From assembly GCA_963664705.1 (NCBI GenBank), contig OY761556.1:1376001-1440000 (forward strand): a stretch of DNA of 64,000 nt. The letters are read 5' to 3'. The notes under the pieces were generated by a model. The model was not told where the DNA came from, did not search any database, and saw only the letters and a list, made by a program, of their open reading frames with translations. The position numbers were made by a program, and so were the translations under genes. Shown here piece by piece: positions 19,216 through 29,447 of this stretch (within the stretch, counting starts at the first letter, position 1; each line of letters opens with the position of its first letter). Source of the stretch: Acidobacteriota bacterium (GTDB lineage: Bacteria > Acidobacteriota > UBA6911).

Positions 19216-20049
19216 CTATCCGTGATCACCTAAGACTATCCTACGCGACGCAATGGGAATTGCGAACTTATGTTCCCATTTAGGCATTTCGAGTTTTGAG
19301 GAATTGAGCCATGAGCCTATTTCCGGCAGGATATGCGCAATTATGGCCAACCCCCGTTCCACGTCCTCCCTTTGAGCCAGTTTGTCGCCCACTTCTACTA
19401 TCTTCCCCGCCTTCACCTTGTCTTTCCACAGAAGCACTGCAAGGCCAAGATGATGCCACATGGGGGGGGCCGGGTTCATGGACGGATCACCCACATGCAT
19501 TGCAAGCATTGCTACCAGTAAAGCTGGTTTCGGCTTTCGCCATAGGGCTTTGTCCACACGGACCAATTCAGTCCAATCCTCTGAAAAGGTCATCACCGGC
19601 CTAGGCTTATCTCCATTGATGCAGGTCCCATCTCCCAGATACGCGGCCCAATGCTTTCCCGGATACGTTCCCATATCCTCGTATAGTCCGGGCAGAACGG
19701 CTGCATCGTCTCCCAGAACCGTATTTTCCGGCAGCACTTTATATTCGCGTTTTATCCTCATTCCCAGTCTTTGAAGGGCGGCAATGTTTTCATTTTGGTA
19801 ACGCTCATTTTTCCCGAAGAGGGACGCCACGGAAATCGGCAGTAGTGAAGAATCAAACTGGCTTTTCCAAATCACTTGTTTAAGGCAGGAGCATAGCGGC
19901 AGGAGGAAACACTCCGGCACCATTGCTTCCTGGGCTTCAATTATTGAGTTAATCCTGTTCAGTATTCTAGCAGGCTTGGCGGCAATTCTCGTCCTGGCCG
20001 TCTTGCGGATGAGGTCCACAACAATGCTGGCTTGCTCGGCACTAAGCAT
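19216..20049 (-). CDS. Hypothetical protein, possibly a degenerate nucleotidyltransferase-like fold
   Basis: 277 aa ORF overlapping the upstream gene stop; weak resemblance at LPGLYEDMGTYP. Confidence 0.55.
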   Translation of the reverse strand: MLSAEQASIVVDLIRKTARTRIAAKPARILNRINSIIEAQEAMVPECFLLPLCSCLKQVIWKSQFDSSLLPISVASLFGKNERYQNENIAALQRLGMRIKREYKVLPENTVLGDDAAVLPGLYEDMGTYPGKHWAAYLGDGTCINGDKPRPVMTFSEDWTELVRVDKALWRKPKPALLVAMLAMHVGDPSMNPAPPMWHHLGLAVLLWKDKVKAGKIVEVGDKLAQREDVERGLAIIAHILPEIGSWLNSSKLEMPKWEHKFAIPIASRRIVLGDHG

Positions 20050-21253
20050 TTTTGGTCAGGTCCGTTTTGTACAACTGCGAGTGAATGGTGAGACCGGGAT
20101 TGGCCGGATGCTCATTTACCGTGGCAAGGAGTAATTCCTTTGCCTCCTGTCTTTGTTCTATCGAAAGCTTAAGCGCCCATGCGCGCATTCCAAAGCGGCG
20201 TATGGAGAAAACAACGACGACCTCAAGTGCTACCAGCAGCAAACCAGGGGCCACGGTTTTTGTCGTCGCAGCCATTAATGCCATAGCGCAAAAGGCAACG
20301 GCCACCGAATACAGGCCGATCACGATTTGTTTACGGTTTGTACTAAGCCCCAAGAGCAGGTGATGGACGTGATTCCGGTCGGCAAGGAACATGCGCCGTG
20401 CACGCTTTGCGAGCGATAATTTGCCTGACCGTTTGGTGAATCGGAACAGCATCACAAGCAAAGTATCGATAACCGGCAATCCAAGGGCCAGGATAGGGAC
20501 AAGAATCGCAACAGCCGCTGGCGCCTTGATGGATGAGCGAAGGCTGACCACAGCAAGGATAAATCCAAGTGTGAGCGAACCCGCATCCCCAAGATAAATC
20601 TGCGCTGGTGCCCAGTTCTTTCGTAGAAAGCCAAGGCAGGCTCCCACCATTGTTGCCATGATGATGGCGGTTACGAAATCATGGCGCCATATTGAAAAGA
20701 CAAGAAGGCTTGATGCAATAATGGCAACAACCCCTCCCGCGAGGCCATCCAATCCATCAAGAAAATTCACTGCATTAGTAACACCGACGATCCAGAGCAC
20801 AGAGATCAGATCAGTCAGAAATCCCAATTCCAGATTGCCTACCAAAGGGAGGTTGATGGCACCGAAGGACCAGCCGACTTTGACAACAAGGAATGCCGAT
20901 ACAGCCTGGGTTGAAAGGCGAGTTACCATCGCTGTTCCGACTGTGTCCTCGAGGAAGCCGCACAGGAAGATAAGCAAAAAGGCTATGGGGATTGCAAACA
21001 ACTGGGCCTGCGTATTTTGCGATCTCCATATGCCCCAGCGAATCAGGATTATTAGGGCTTGTGCTGCAAAAAATCCCAGGGCCACGGCTACCCCTCCAAG
21101 GCGAGGAATAGCTTCCGCTTGCTGGCGGCGACCGCCGGGGTAATCCATTGCGCGCACCGCCAGCGCAACCCGCTTAACAAATGGCAATGCCGCCGTACTT
21201 GCCAGAAACGACAAGAGGCATCCCAACAAGCTGTAGGCTAAGTTTTCAATCAT
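20042..21253 (-). CDS. WecA/TagO-like polyprenyl-phosphate HexNAc-1-P transferase (MraY family)
   Basis: PRLGGVA, NAVNFLDGLDGL, YLGDAGS, ADRNHVHH. Confidence 0.92.
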   Translation of the reverse strand: MIENLAYSLLGCLLSFLASTAALPFVKRVALAVRAMDYPGGRRQQAEAIPRLGGVAVALGFFAAQALIILIRWGIWRSQNTQAQLFAIPIAFLLIFLCGFLEDTVGTAMVTRLSTQAVSAFLVVKVGWSFGAINLPLVGNLELGFLTDLISVLWIVGVTNAVNFLDGLDGLAGGVVAIIASSLLVFSIWRHDFVTAIIMATMVGACLGFLRKNWAPAQIYLGDAGSLTLGFILAVVSLRSSIKAPAAVAILVPILALGLPVIDTLLVMLFRFTKRSGKLSLAKRARRMFLADRNHVHHLLLGLSTNRKQIVIGLYSVAVAFCAMALMAATTKTVAPGLLLVALEVVVVFSIRRFGMRAWALKLSIEQRQEAKELLLATVNEHPANPGLTIHSQLYKTDLTKNA

Positions 21254-22502
21254 TTGTTGTGCGAAGCGCGTCGGAGTGCGGCCGCTCATTGCAGCTTATA
21301 ATTGCTTTGGTGTGGGGGCCGTGTTTCATGCCCACTTCATTTAGCAGGTTGATCCACTTTGCCGTGCATATTGAGCGGTCATATTTTTTTTCAAAAAGTC
21401 TTCGGCCGGCCTGTCCCATTGCTTGCATATGGTCCGGATGGGCCATCGCCTCAATCAGGGTGGCCGCAACTTGTTCCGGGTCGTGATTGCATATCCATCC
21501 CACGCGTTCCAGTTGGATTTCGTCGCCGAGGCTGCTGTCCTTCCCCCCGACCAGGAGAACCGGTCTTCCGGAGGCGAGCGCTGCCGAATATTTGGAAGGC
21601 ACCTGCATCCCGGCTGTTTCATCCCTTAACGTTACGAGATGAATATCTGCATCTCCGTATAGCTCGTTCAATTTTTCACGAGGCTGATAATCCATGAATT
21701 CTACATTTGACAGCATGGCTGCTGCCCTTTTGACCTCTTGCAGTCGAGATCCTCCGCCCACAAACCGGAAGCGTATGCCGGGATTTATTTCGGCCAATAT
21801 TTGTGCCGCGCTGATGACTGCGTCAAATCGATGCGCAAATCCGAGATTGCCAGAATAGAGAACTGTCAGCGCATCTGCGACCTTCCGATAGGCGGTTCTG
21901 TTTTCATTTAGTTGTTTGCCGTCTGCCCAATTGGGGATCACGTGAATAGCCTTAGCCCCTCTATTATCTATCTGCGCTGCCATGTTCTGGTCGAGCGCAA
22001 CTACTGCATCCGCTTTCGAAATAATCAGATTTGATAGGAATTCCAGAATGCGCGTCAGTCTATTTCTGCGAAGTGTTCCCAGGGCAATGGCAATATCGGG
22101 ATATAAGTCCTCAACCTTGTAGACGAACTTGCTGCCACGAAACGTTCCGAGAACGCCAAGCAATGCAACGAAAGGCGGCGTTGAAAGACAAACGAGTACG
22201 TCTTGTCGAGGTGAAAAAAGCACCGCTAGTGCTGCGGACCATAGGAATGTTAAATAGTCGGCCATGCGTCCGATATTGTTTCTGCGTCCGAAATTCGTAC
22301 ACCACACGCGGCGGATAATAATGTTTCCCCAATTTTCCTTCCGATCCAAAGGCCGAGAGTGTTCAGGTGCATAACTGCCGCGACCTGCGAATGCTGTGAC
22401 TTCGCAATTATTACTAGCTAAATCCTGGGCGAGTTGAGTCAATAGCTGCGCCGTTGCCGCCATATCAGGATAAAAATATTGATTGATCAACAAAATTTTC
22501 AC
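21246..22502 (-). CDS. GT4 glycosyltransferase (WcaI-like)
   Basis: NQYFYPD, DLYPD, IPNW, YSGNLG, VPSK. Confidence 0.9.
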   Translation of the reverse strand: MKILLINQYFYPDMAATAQLLTQLAQDLASNNCEVTAFAGRGSYAPEHSRPLDRKENWGNIIIRRVWCTNFGRRNNIGRMADYLTFLWSAALAVLFSPRQDVLVCLSTPPFVALLGVLGTFRGSKFVYKVEDLYPDIAIALGTLRRNRLTRILEFLSNLIISKADAVVALDQNMAAQIDNRGAKAIHVIPNWADGKQLNENRTAYRKVADALTVLYSGNLGFAHRFDAVISAAQILAEINPGIRFRFVGGGSRLQEVKRAAAMLSNVEFMDYQPREKLNELYGDADIHLVTLRDETAGMQVPSKYSAALASGRPVLLVGGKDSSLGDEIQLERVGWICNHDPEQVAATLIEAMAHPDHMQAMGQAGRRLFEKKYDRSICTAKWINLLNEVGMKHGPHTKAIISCNERPHSDALRTTND

Positions 22503-22685
22503 AGAAAATAACTGTTTAACAAAATTGTATAGCTTACAAAACTGCCCAATTATTCAATCGGCAGAAAGCCAGATCACTGTTTCTGGGCTGCGACAAATGT
22601 CCGCTAACCTTGCTGGCAGTGGATTGGACAAGCATTCAGCAGGATGCCTCGAGCACATCTCCCGGACGAATAGGTAATCCATTTT

Positions 22686-23246
22686 TTACAGGTCTCGAAT
22701 TGTGCGGCGACGTATCAGTCGGGCTGGATTGCCGGCGTGAATCTCAAATGCGGGGATCGATTGACTAACAATGGCGCCAGCTAATGCGATCGCACAGTGG
22801 CCCAGCATTACGCCTGGACATACAACTGCATGAGCTCCCACCCAAGCTCCCTGTTCTATAACGATTGGCTTTGCAACTAACCCAAATGCTGGGTCAGCCC
22901 AATCATGATTCCCAGTGCAGAGATACGCGCCCTGGCTAATGCAGGCGTGCTCATCGATCGTTACTGAACTTAGATTGTCGATCCAAACATCCTCTCCAAG
23001 CCATGAAAATTGTCCCACTGATAGCAACCATGGGTATTTAACGCGAACCCCCGGCTTTATTACTACACCATTACCAATCCGTGCTCCAAAAAGCCTAAGC
23101 AGCCAACAGCGAAAACCTGAAAATGGCAGTAGGTTGCAGCGCAATAACGGCAACCCCACCAGAAACCACGCAACACAAATCCAGAGTGGCCGGCCCGGTG
23201 AATACCAGGAATTATCGAATAAAGAAAGGTCTGGTCTAGCGCTCAT
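22686..23246 (-). CDS. wcaF: WcaF-like hexapeptide acetyltransferase
   Basis: LRLFGARIG, VKYPWLL, LCTGNHDW, AGNPAR. Confidence 0.88.
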   Translation of the reverse strand: MSARPDLSLFDNSWYSPGRPLWICVAWFLVGLPLLRCNLLPFSGFRCWLLRLFGARIGNGVVIKPGVRVKYPWLLSVGQFSWLGEDVWIDNLSSVTIDEHACISQGAYLCTGNHDWADPAFGLVAKPIVIEQGAWVGAHAVVCPGVMLGHCAIALAGAIVSQSIPAFEIHAGNPARLIRRRTIRDL

Positions 23247-24427
23247 TCATAAATTTCTACGCTGCGAGGTCGGGATCCCCCCAATACCCATGAGTATAGT
23301 TCAGACATTTGCAGGCCAATTGAGGGCCATGTATAGAACCTGCGGACTAATGCGGATCCTGCTGCGCCCATCCTTTCAAGTTCTCTTTTGGGCAGGGCAA
23401 GAACCTTGACAAGCAAACCCGCTAGTTCAGCAACTTCGGGCTCGATTACCCAGCCGCAATCACTTCGTTCCATTTCAGAGAATCTGCATTGTCGGCTAAT
23501 AATCACCGGACACCCAGCGCCCAATGCTTCAAGCACTGCAATGCTAAATCCCTCTGAATACGATGGCAGTACAAAAACTGTTGCAGCCGTCAAGGCGCTC
23601 CACTTTAGCGTTTCATTCAGCATTCCTGTGAACGTTACCCGATCGGTTATTCCGAGAGCTGTGATACGGCCTTGCAGTTGCCTCAATGTTGCTTCCGAAT
23701 CTGGCCCTGCGAACACAAGCTGTGTATCGGGATAGTCTCGTTCAATAGCTCCCCAAGCACGAGCAAGCAATTCGACGCCTTTCTTATAATGAATGCGTCC
23801 AAGAAAGAGCACCAGCCGGCGATCTCGTAATTCGGGCCAGCGTTGCCAAAATGCTTCAGGGTCTATCCTTTGAGGGATCGTTACACCGTTAGGGATCACA
23901 GCCACGGGATTTTTTAAACCCCATTCCCGGTAGTCATCGACCTCTTCTTTGCTGAGCGCGCGCAGGCATGTGGCTCTTCGAAGGTTCGATTGCTCTATCA
24001 CCGCACTATATATGGCCTTCTTCCAGCGCTTATTAGCTAACGCCCAATGCTCAAGCATTCCATGTGCTGAGACTATATAAGGCTTACCCAGTTTTCGACA
24101 AAACCGCCCTGCCCAAAGGCAATGCTCCTGCCACAATCCATGGATATGCGCCAATTCGGATTTTTCGATTTCCGCGCAGAGCGCTAGGCGTAGCTGTTTT
24201 TTTGTTATCCATCTCCAGTGACCGGCAGGAAACAAGCCAATATTTGATCCTTGCATTTTGTTCTCTTTACTCTTTCCAGCGATACTGATTACTGGAGCGC
24301 GGAAACATCCTGCCTCGTCAATAGCGCGGCACAAATATGGAGTCGATGCGGCAATTCCTCCTAACTCAGAGTTGAGTCCTGCCACTATATTAACGCATAC
24401 ACCAATTGCCGTTTGTTCGCTTTCCAT
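23243..24427 (-). CDS. GT4 glycosyltransferase
   Basis: IPNGV, FLGRIHYKKG, PSYSEGFSIAVLEA. Confidence 0.9.
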   Translation of the reverse strand: MESEQTAIGVCVNIVAGLNSELGGIAASTPYLCRAIDEAGCFRAPVISIAGKSKENKMQGSNIGLFPAGHWRWITKKQLRLALCAEIEKSELAHIHGLWQEHCLWAGRFCRKLGKPYIVSAHGMLEHWALANKRWKKAIYSAVIEQSNLRRATCLRALSKEEVDDYREWGLKNPVAVIPNGVTIPQRIDPEAFWQRWPELRDRRLVLFLGRIHYKKGVELLARAWGAIERDYPDTQLVFAGPDSEATLRQLQGRITALGITDRVTFTGMLNETLKWSALTAATVFVLPSYSEGFSIAVLEALGAGCPVIISRQCRFSEMERSDCGWVIEPEVAELAGLLVKVLALPKRELERMGAAGSALVRRFYTWPSIGLQMSELYSWVLGGSRPRSVEIYE

Positions 24428-24443
24428 ATAGCTGTTTGCGATA

Positions 24444-25583
24444 TCAGAGACCGGTAATTCGCAGAACCTCTGCAGCCCAGTGCTCGAGAGAGTATTTCCT
24501 AATGATCTCGGACGAGCGTTGGCCGATTGCGATTCGGCTTTTATCAGCCATGGCCCAGATTCGGTTCATGGCATGAGAAAGAGTGCCCTCCGTCAGGGGA
24601 TCAAATGTGTACCCATTTCCACCTTCCTCGACTAGATCGTCGACACATCCGCAGTGAGTCGAAACCAATACGGGAAGTCCGGAGGCCATTGCCTCGTTAA
24701 CCGTTAAGCCCCAGGTTTCATTTTTACTAGGGAGAATCAGGCATTGTGCGAATGCATAGCAAACCAATAATGCAGTTCCGGTTCTAAATCCAGCAAATAG
24801 GACCTCTGGTATTTGTAGTTGCCTCACGATGGTTTGTAACTCGGTTTCCATTGGACCGGCACCGGTTATCACCAGTGCCCAGTTACCTCCACCGAGCCGG
24901 TAGCTTCGATATTCCTCGAGTAGGTAGCGTAGATTTTTTTCCTCAGACAGCCGTCCCACAAAAAGGAAATAATTCTTGGGCATGCCGTATTGCAGCGGTG
25001 TAAGTCGGCGTAGACTACGCGTGCCTCGAGCAAAATAATCATTTTCCACTACATCGTAAAAACCTGCAATATTGGTTTGTCTGAATCCTAGTGATGAGAC
25101 ATATGCGGATGAGCGCTTCCCTGCTGTAATTGCACCATGGAACAAGATGCTACAAAGCGCTGCCTTCACAAATTCCTTACAGCGCCCACGTGTGCGGTCG
25201 TTCGCTGTACTGTCCAGCATTAACACTGATCTTCGCCGATGCATCTGCGCCCACAATGCTGCTACAATTGCGGGTAACGTGTTATAGCCTGGAATCAAAA
25301 CAACCTTTGGGTCCAATTTTCCCAATTCCCGCCACATGGCCCCCGCCATACGCAATTGACTTTCCTTTTCCCAATCAGCGCCCGGCAATACGGTTGTTAA
25401 TGGCAAACCGTCATGATGCCGAGCGCGAAACGAGATGCCGCTGTGAATCCCTTCTCCTCCAACCATCTCGATGCCTCGCACCCGGCCCCTTAAGGACGGA
25501 TGGCGCATGAGGGCGCGTAGCCGTGCCAAATGATAAGGTCCCCAATCTAGCCAAATTATTGCCAGTGCGCATTCATCGCGCAT
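24444..25583 (-). CDS. GT4 glycosyltransferase
   Basis: FVGRLSEEKN, PSKNETWGLTVNEAMASG; start approximate. Confidence 0.88.
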   Translation of the reverse strand: MRDECALAIIWLDWGPYHLARLRALMRHPSLRGRVRGIEMVGGEGIHSGISFRARHHDGLPLTTVLPGADWEKESQLRMAGAMWRELGKLDPKVVLIPGYNTLPAIVAALWAQMHRRRSVLMLDSTANDRTRGRCKEFVKAALCSILFHGAITAGKRSSAYVSSLGFRQTNIAGFYDVVENDYFARGTRSLRRLTPLQYGMPKNYFLFVGRLSEEKNLRYLLEEYRSYRLGGGNWALVITGAGPMETELQTIVRQLQIPEVLFAGFRTGTALLVCYAFAQCLILPSKNETWGLTVNEAMASGLPVLVSTHCGCVDDLVEEGGNGYTFDPLTEGTLSHAMNRIWAMADKSRIAIGQRSSEIIRKYSLEHWAAEVLRITGL

Positions 25584-26694
25584 GCATATATACCGCTGTG
25601 GTTTCCGTAGCCATGCGCTCAACCGAAAAAAATCGACGAACCCTCTCTATTTGATCCATTCCTGGTCCCCGGCTATCCAAGGAACGATGAAGCGCGGACG
25701 CGATGGCCGCCGCGGAACGGTCATCTGCCAAAATCGACCAGGGGACATGCTCCTGCAGTTCTTCGATTCCGGGATAGGGTGCGACTGCGATTCGCTTACC
25801 AAGGCATGCTGCTTCGATGAACGATTGCGGCATGCCCTCGAATTGCGAAGTCAATGCGAAAACATTAATATTGTGCCAAAAGGATTCAGGTTCGTCGATC
25901 CACCCCGTAATTCGAATAAAAGGCTCAACCCCTAAATCCGCAGCACGCGATTGGAGTGATTCGCGAAGGCTCCCATCTCCAACAAATAATAGCCGGCTTC
26001 CGATGTGCGTTTTCTGGAATAGTGCAAATGCCTCGATAAGCGCCAGGGGATCCTTTTGCGGTTCTAACCTTCCCACCAAGCCAATCACCGGCACCTTGGT
26101 TTCGCGAGTAGCTATCGCAGAGGATCCACCGTCAAACGTTCCGTTTGCAACCTCGAAACAAGTCTCGGTAACCCCATACATGGCATTGAATTCATCCAGC
26201 GCTGATCTCGACACCAAGATTTTGGGATATAAGATTCGATGATAAAAGGCCCTCATCGCCGCGATACGCAACCGGCCAAAGGGTCGATTGCGTTTTGTGC
26301 TGCACATCGGGAGGTGGATGGTCCCGACGAATGGAAGTTGTGCCCAATGGCCGGCTAGCACGAGGTCCAGGCCATCTTCATCGTACTGCTGATTAATGTG
26401 GATAACATCTGGGCGAAGATCACGATATTGTTTTGCAAGCCGTTGCTGCTGGGCAAAATCAGCCAGTGCCGAAACGAATCGAGTGCGCCGCTCCCGTAAT
26501 GCGCGGATTGGTCGTCTTACAACCTGAGCACCTACACTGCTGAGCTGCATCGCCCATCTGTCCATATAGGGCTGCATCCCCAAAAGCACTATAACCTCAT
26601 GCCCAAGCTTGTGCAGACCAAGCGAAAGATAAGTTATGTAACGCTCTCCACCGCCAGAACCGCTGGAATTGGAGCTAACTATGAGCACTCTCAT
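25573..26694 (-). CDS. GT4 glycosyltransferase
   Basis: GGGERY, VGRLEPQK, SQFEGMPQSFIEA. Confidence 0.88.
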   Translation of the reverse strand: MRVLIVSSNSSGSGGGERYITYLSLGLHKLGHEVIVLLGMQPYMDRWAMQLSSVGAQVVRRPIRALRERRTRFVSALADFAQQQRLAKQYRDLRPDVIHINQQYDEDGLDLVLAGHWAQLPFVGTIHLPMCSTKRNRPFGRLRIAAMRAFYHRILYPKILVSRSALDEFNAMYGVTETCFEVANGTFDGGSSAIATRETKVPVIGLVGRLEPQKDPLALIEAFALFQKTHIGSRLLFVGDGSLRESLQSRAADLGVEPFIRITGWIDEPESFWHNINVFALTSQFEGMPQSFIEAACLGKRIAVAPYPGIEELQEHVPWSILADDRSAAAIASALHRSLDSRGPGMDQIERVRRFFSVERMATETTAVYMHAR

Positions 26695-27925
26695 GACAAT
26701 CTGCAATTCTCCGATATACGCCATGTTCCTGTGGCCAAATTGCTTCCGGAGAGAAATCTTTACTTCGGGTTATGGCCGCTATTGAAAATCGCTCGATCAG
26801 ATTTGGGTCATCACGAAATTTGCGAATAGCCTCTGCCAATGCTTGGCTATCTCGGGCTGGGATAATGAATCCGGAAACTCCGTCTTCTACCACCGCTCCG
26901 CAACATGGTGTGGCGACTACCGGCAGCCCATGAGCCATAGCCTCGATTTGTGTAATCGCAAAACCGTCCGAAAGGGTGGGCAAAATGAACAAATCATGTG
27001 ATGCATAAAAAGACGATGCCATGTTTCTCGGTACTGGTCCGATTATTTTCATGTTCGTTGGTAATGAGAGCGTGCTCATACGGATGCCAATAGGTCCTCC
27101 GATCGTAAACGAAACGCCTTCTTTCTCTAGAAGGCGCGCTGCCTCGATGGTTGGGACTATTCCCTTGCTGAGAGTTACGTTTCCTAACCATAACACTCGC
27201 AGCTTGCTGCTGCGTCGATGTTCAAATGCCAATTGGGGCCCGGAATAGGCAAGGGGGAGCATCTCAATCTTGCAAGATGGTACGCCTTGTTCAATCAGGG
27301 CGCGTCGTGTCCACTCAGAGGCAACTATAACGCACCTTGCCTCATCCCATTCTTCCTCTAGCCGGGCAAAGTAAGATTCGGGGATTCCTGTTCTGCCCAA
27401 CGGCGCCAATTCGGGGAATCGTGATTCCTCTTCACTGACAATTCTTGCATGCATCCTGGCTGCATCAAATTGAACTACGGCGCCAGCCCGGCCTTGGCTT
27501 CGTTCGAAACGCAGACTCTCAAGTGCGCCACTTGCAAAACCAATGAAAACATTGTGATTTATATCGAGCCAGCGAATGCATTGCCGAGCAAAATCCTGTC
27601 CCTCAGTAAGGAAATGCCGATAAAGCGATTCATTATCGTGACAGCGCCGTCGGATCAAAGCTCCACAAAGGCCGATGTGGTAGAGAGCGATCACCTTTCT
27701 AAGCGGAATCCCTTTTGTGCACCTACTGGCCATTCTCATCAACAAAGGCCACCTCAAAGCCGTCGCTATGCCGGTTGAACCCCATCCAAATGGGTTCCAG
27801 AAATCCGTTATCAACCGGGCCAATACTCCATTTCTTTCCGCACCTCGTGACAATTGGTAATGCTGACGTGCGCCTAAGTGGGCTATTATCAACCGAAGTG
27901 GTTCTCTGCGATGTCTGCTATCCAT
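26675..27925 (-). CDS. GT4 glycosyltransferase
   Basis: GARQHY, PTLSDGFAITQIEAMAHG. Confidence 0.88.
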   Translation of the reverse strand: MDSRHRREPLRLIIAHLGARQHYQLSRGAERNGVLARLITDFWNPFGWGSTGIATALRWPLLMRMASRCTKGIPLRKVIALYHIGLCGALIRRRCHDNESLYRHFLTEGQDFARQCIRWLDINHNVFIGFASGALESLRFERSQGRAGAVVQFDAARMHARIVSEEESRFPELAPLGRTGIPESYFARLEEEWDEARCVIVASEWTRRALIEQGVPSCKIEMLPLAYSGPQLAFEHRRSSKLRVLWLGNVTLSKGIVPTIEAARLLEKEGVSFTIGGPIGIRMSTLSLPTNMKIIGPVPRNMASSFYASHDLFILPTLSDGFAITQIEAMAHGLPVVATPCCGAVVEDGVSGFIIPARDSQALAEAIRKFRDDPNLIERFSIAAITRSKDFSPEAIWPQEHGVYRRIADCHESAHS

Positions 27926-29447
27926 TGGGCGGTTCCTGCAAACATTTTGCAAATTTCCTCGCTGCATATGAACGAGTTTCCCTTACTGCTGGATTAATCC
28001 TCGATGCCTTGGTGGCCGGTAAAGCCCATATACCGGCGATCATGCAGGCAAGTAGCCCCCAGTAGGTCTTCCAATTTCCAGCTGACAAGCTCATAAAACC
28101 GAAGAAGATAGGGAACAATTCAACTAGAAAAGGAAGAGCAAATACGAACCCGCGACGCCTAATCAAGATCACAGGCGCCCTGAAGAAGAGGCATGTGAAT
28201 AGCACCAGGCCCACTATGCCGCTTGATGACCCAAAATCGAGAAAAACGTTGTGTGCTGCTCCGCCGATTGCATCGATTCCAACTCTGCCTGCGCCATATT
28301 CGCCGAAATCCCAGATTTCGCCTTTTGTAATGCCTATCAAGGGATATTTTTTCATTATTTCGAAGTGGGTATCCCAGGACGACAATCGTCCGGCCATAAA
28401 ACTATCTGATTGAGTGGTTCGTTCTGTCTCTAAGTTACGTGCTTGAAGGGCCGAATAGGCCTGGTCGATGCCAAATTGTTGTCTCGCAGGCTCGTAGGCA
28501 AGTACGAATATCCCCACCATGCAGGCTGTTACCGGGAGCAATATGGAGGTCCTCCGCGTTCGTCGCGACGGACCAAACATCCAGATCACCAAGAGACAGA
28601 ATGTCGAGAGTGCCATTGCATACAAAGCGCCTCGGGAAAGAGTTGCGCCAATTGCCGGCAATGCAAGCGCTGCTAAGGGAACTCCGCCCAATAATAAAAT
28701 CTTTCGCAATCTAGTGCTTGATACCATAAGCCGAGAGAAGAGCATCAACCCAACCACTCCAATGACCAGCAAGGGAATGTTTAGGCCGGCCGTATTTGCA
28801 TCAGCTCGACCCGCGCCAATCCGGAACACTTCTTGATCTGCCATGTGGGATGTAAGAGCCAATTCATATATCGTTGCTACGACAGGCAGTCCCAACCGCC
28901 AAGCCCAATAGCCCAAAACTGGGAATGCGCCTCCTATTGCCAAAAAGAAAAGCGCTCGGTGCAGTTGGTCTCGTGCCCGAAGAGCATAAATAAAGCAGAC
29001 AAGCCCCGTGATAAATGCCAATAGCATTGGGATATGCAACTGACCCCGCGCCATTGCAAAGGCCGCAAGGAACCAACAAGCAAAAGGAGCAATGTACGAA
29101 GTCATTGGATAAAGATATTTTAGGTAAGCAATGCAACCATTGAGGGGGAGCGTAACTAGCCATCCAATCATCAGCATCTGGGCCAATGTAAAGGGAGAGA
29201 GCGCCGGATCGGGAACGATTTGGGAACCAGAAATAAACAGAAACCAAGCGAACGGATCTTTGACAGCAATCATAACTGCGCTTATGCCGATCAATAATCC
29301 CAGAATCCCTCTGTTGAGCGGGGCGAACATAAGTGCTATTAGCGATACTCCGACATAGCACTCGTAAAAGGATAACAGACCTTTCTTCCGCCTAATATTG
29401 CTCGACAGAGGCAGGAAAGGTTTATGTTCGCTTGTACAACTGTTCAT
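27918..29447 (-). CDS. Wzy polymerase / O-antigen-ligase-like membrane protein
   Basis: Many TM segments, DAN, LSRGA, YPLIG, AHNVFL. Confidence 0.75.
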   Translation of the reverse strand: MNSCTSEHKPFLPLSSNIRRKKGLLSFYECYVGVSLIALMFAPLNRGILGLLIGISAVMIAVKDPFAWFLFISGSQIVPDPALSPFTLAQMLMIGWLVTLPLNGCIAYLKYLYPMTSYIAPFACWFLAAFAMARGQLHIPMLLAFITGLVCFIYALRARDQLHRALFFLAIGGAFPVLGYWAWRLGLPVVATIYELALTSHMADQEVFRIGAGRADANTAGLNIPLLVIGVVGLMLFSRLMVSSTRLRKILLLGGVPLAALALPAIGATLSRGALYAMALSTFCLLVIWMFGPSRRTRRTSILLPVTACMVGIFVLAYEPARQQFGIDQAYSALQARNLETERTTQSDSFMAGRLSSWDTHFEIMKKYPLIGITKGEIWDFGEYGAGRVGIDAIGGAAHNVFLDFGSSSGIVGLVLFTCLFFRAPVILIRRRGFVFALPFLVELFPIFFGFMSLSAGNWKTYWGLLACMIAGIWALPATKASRINPAVRETRSYAARKFAKCLQEPPNG

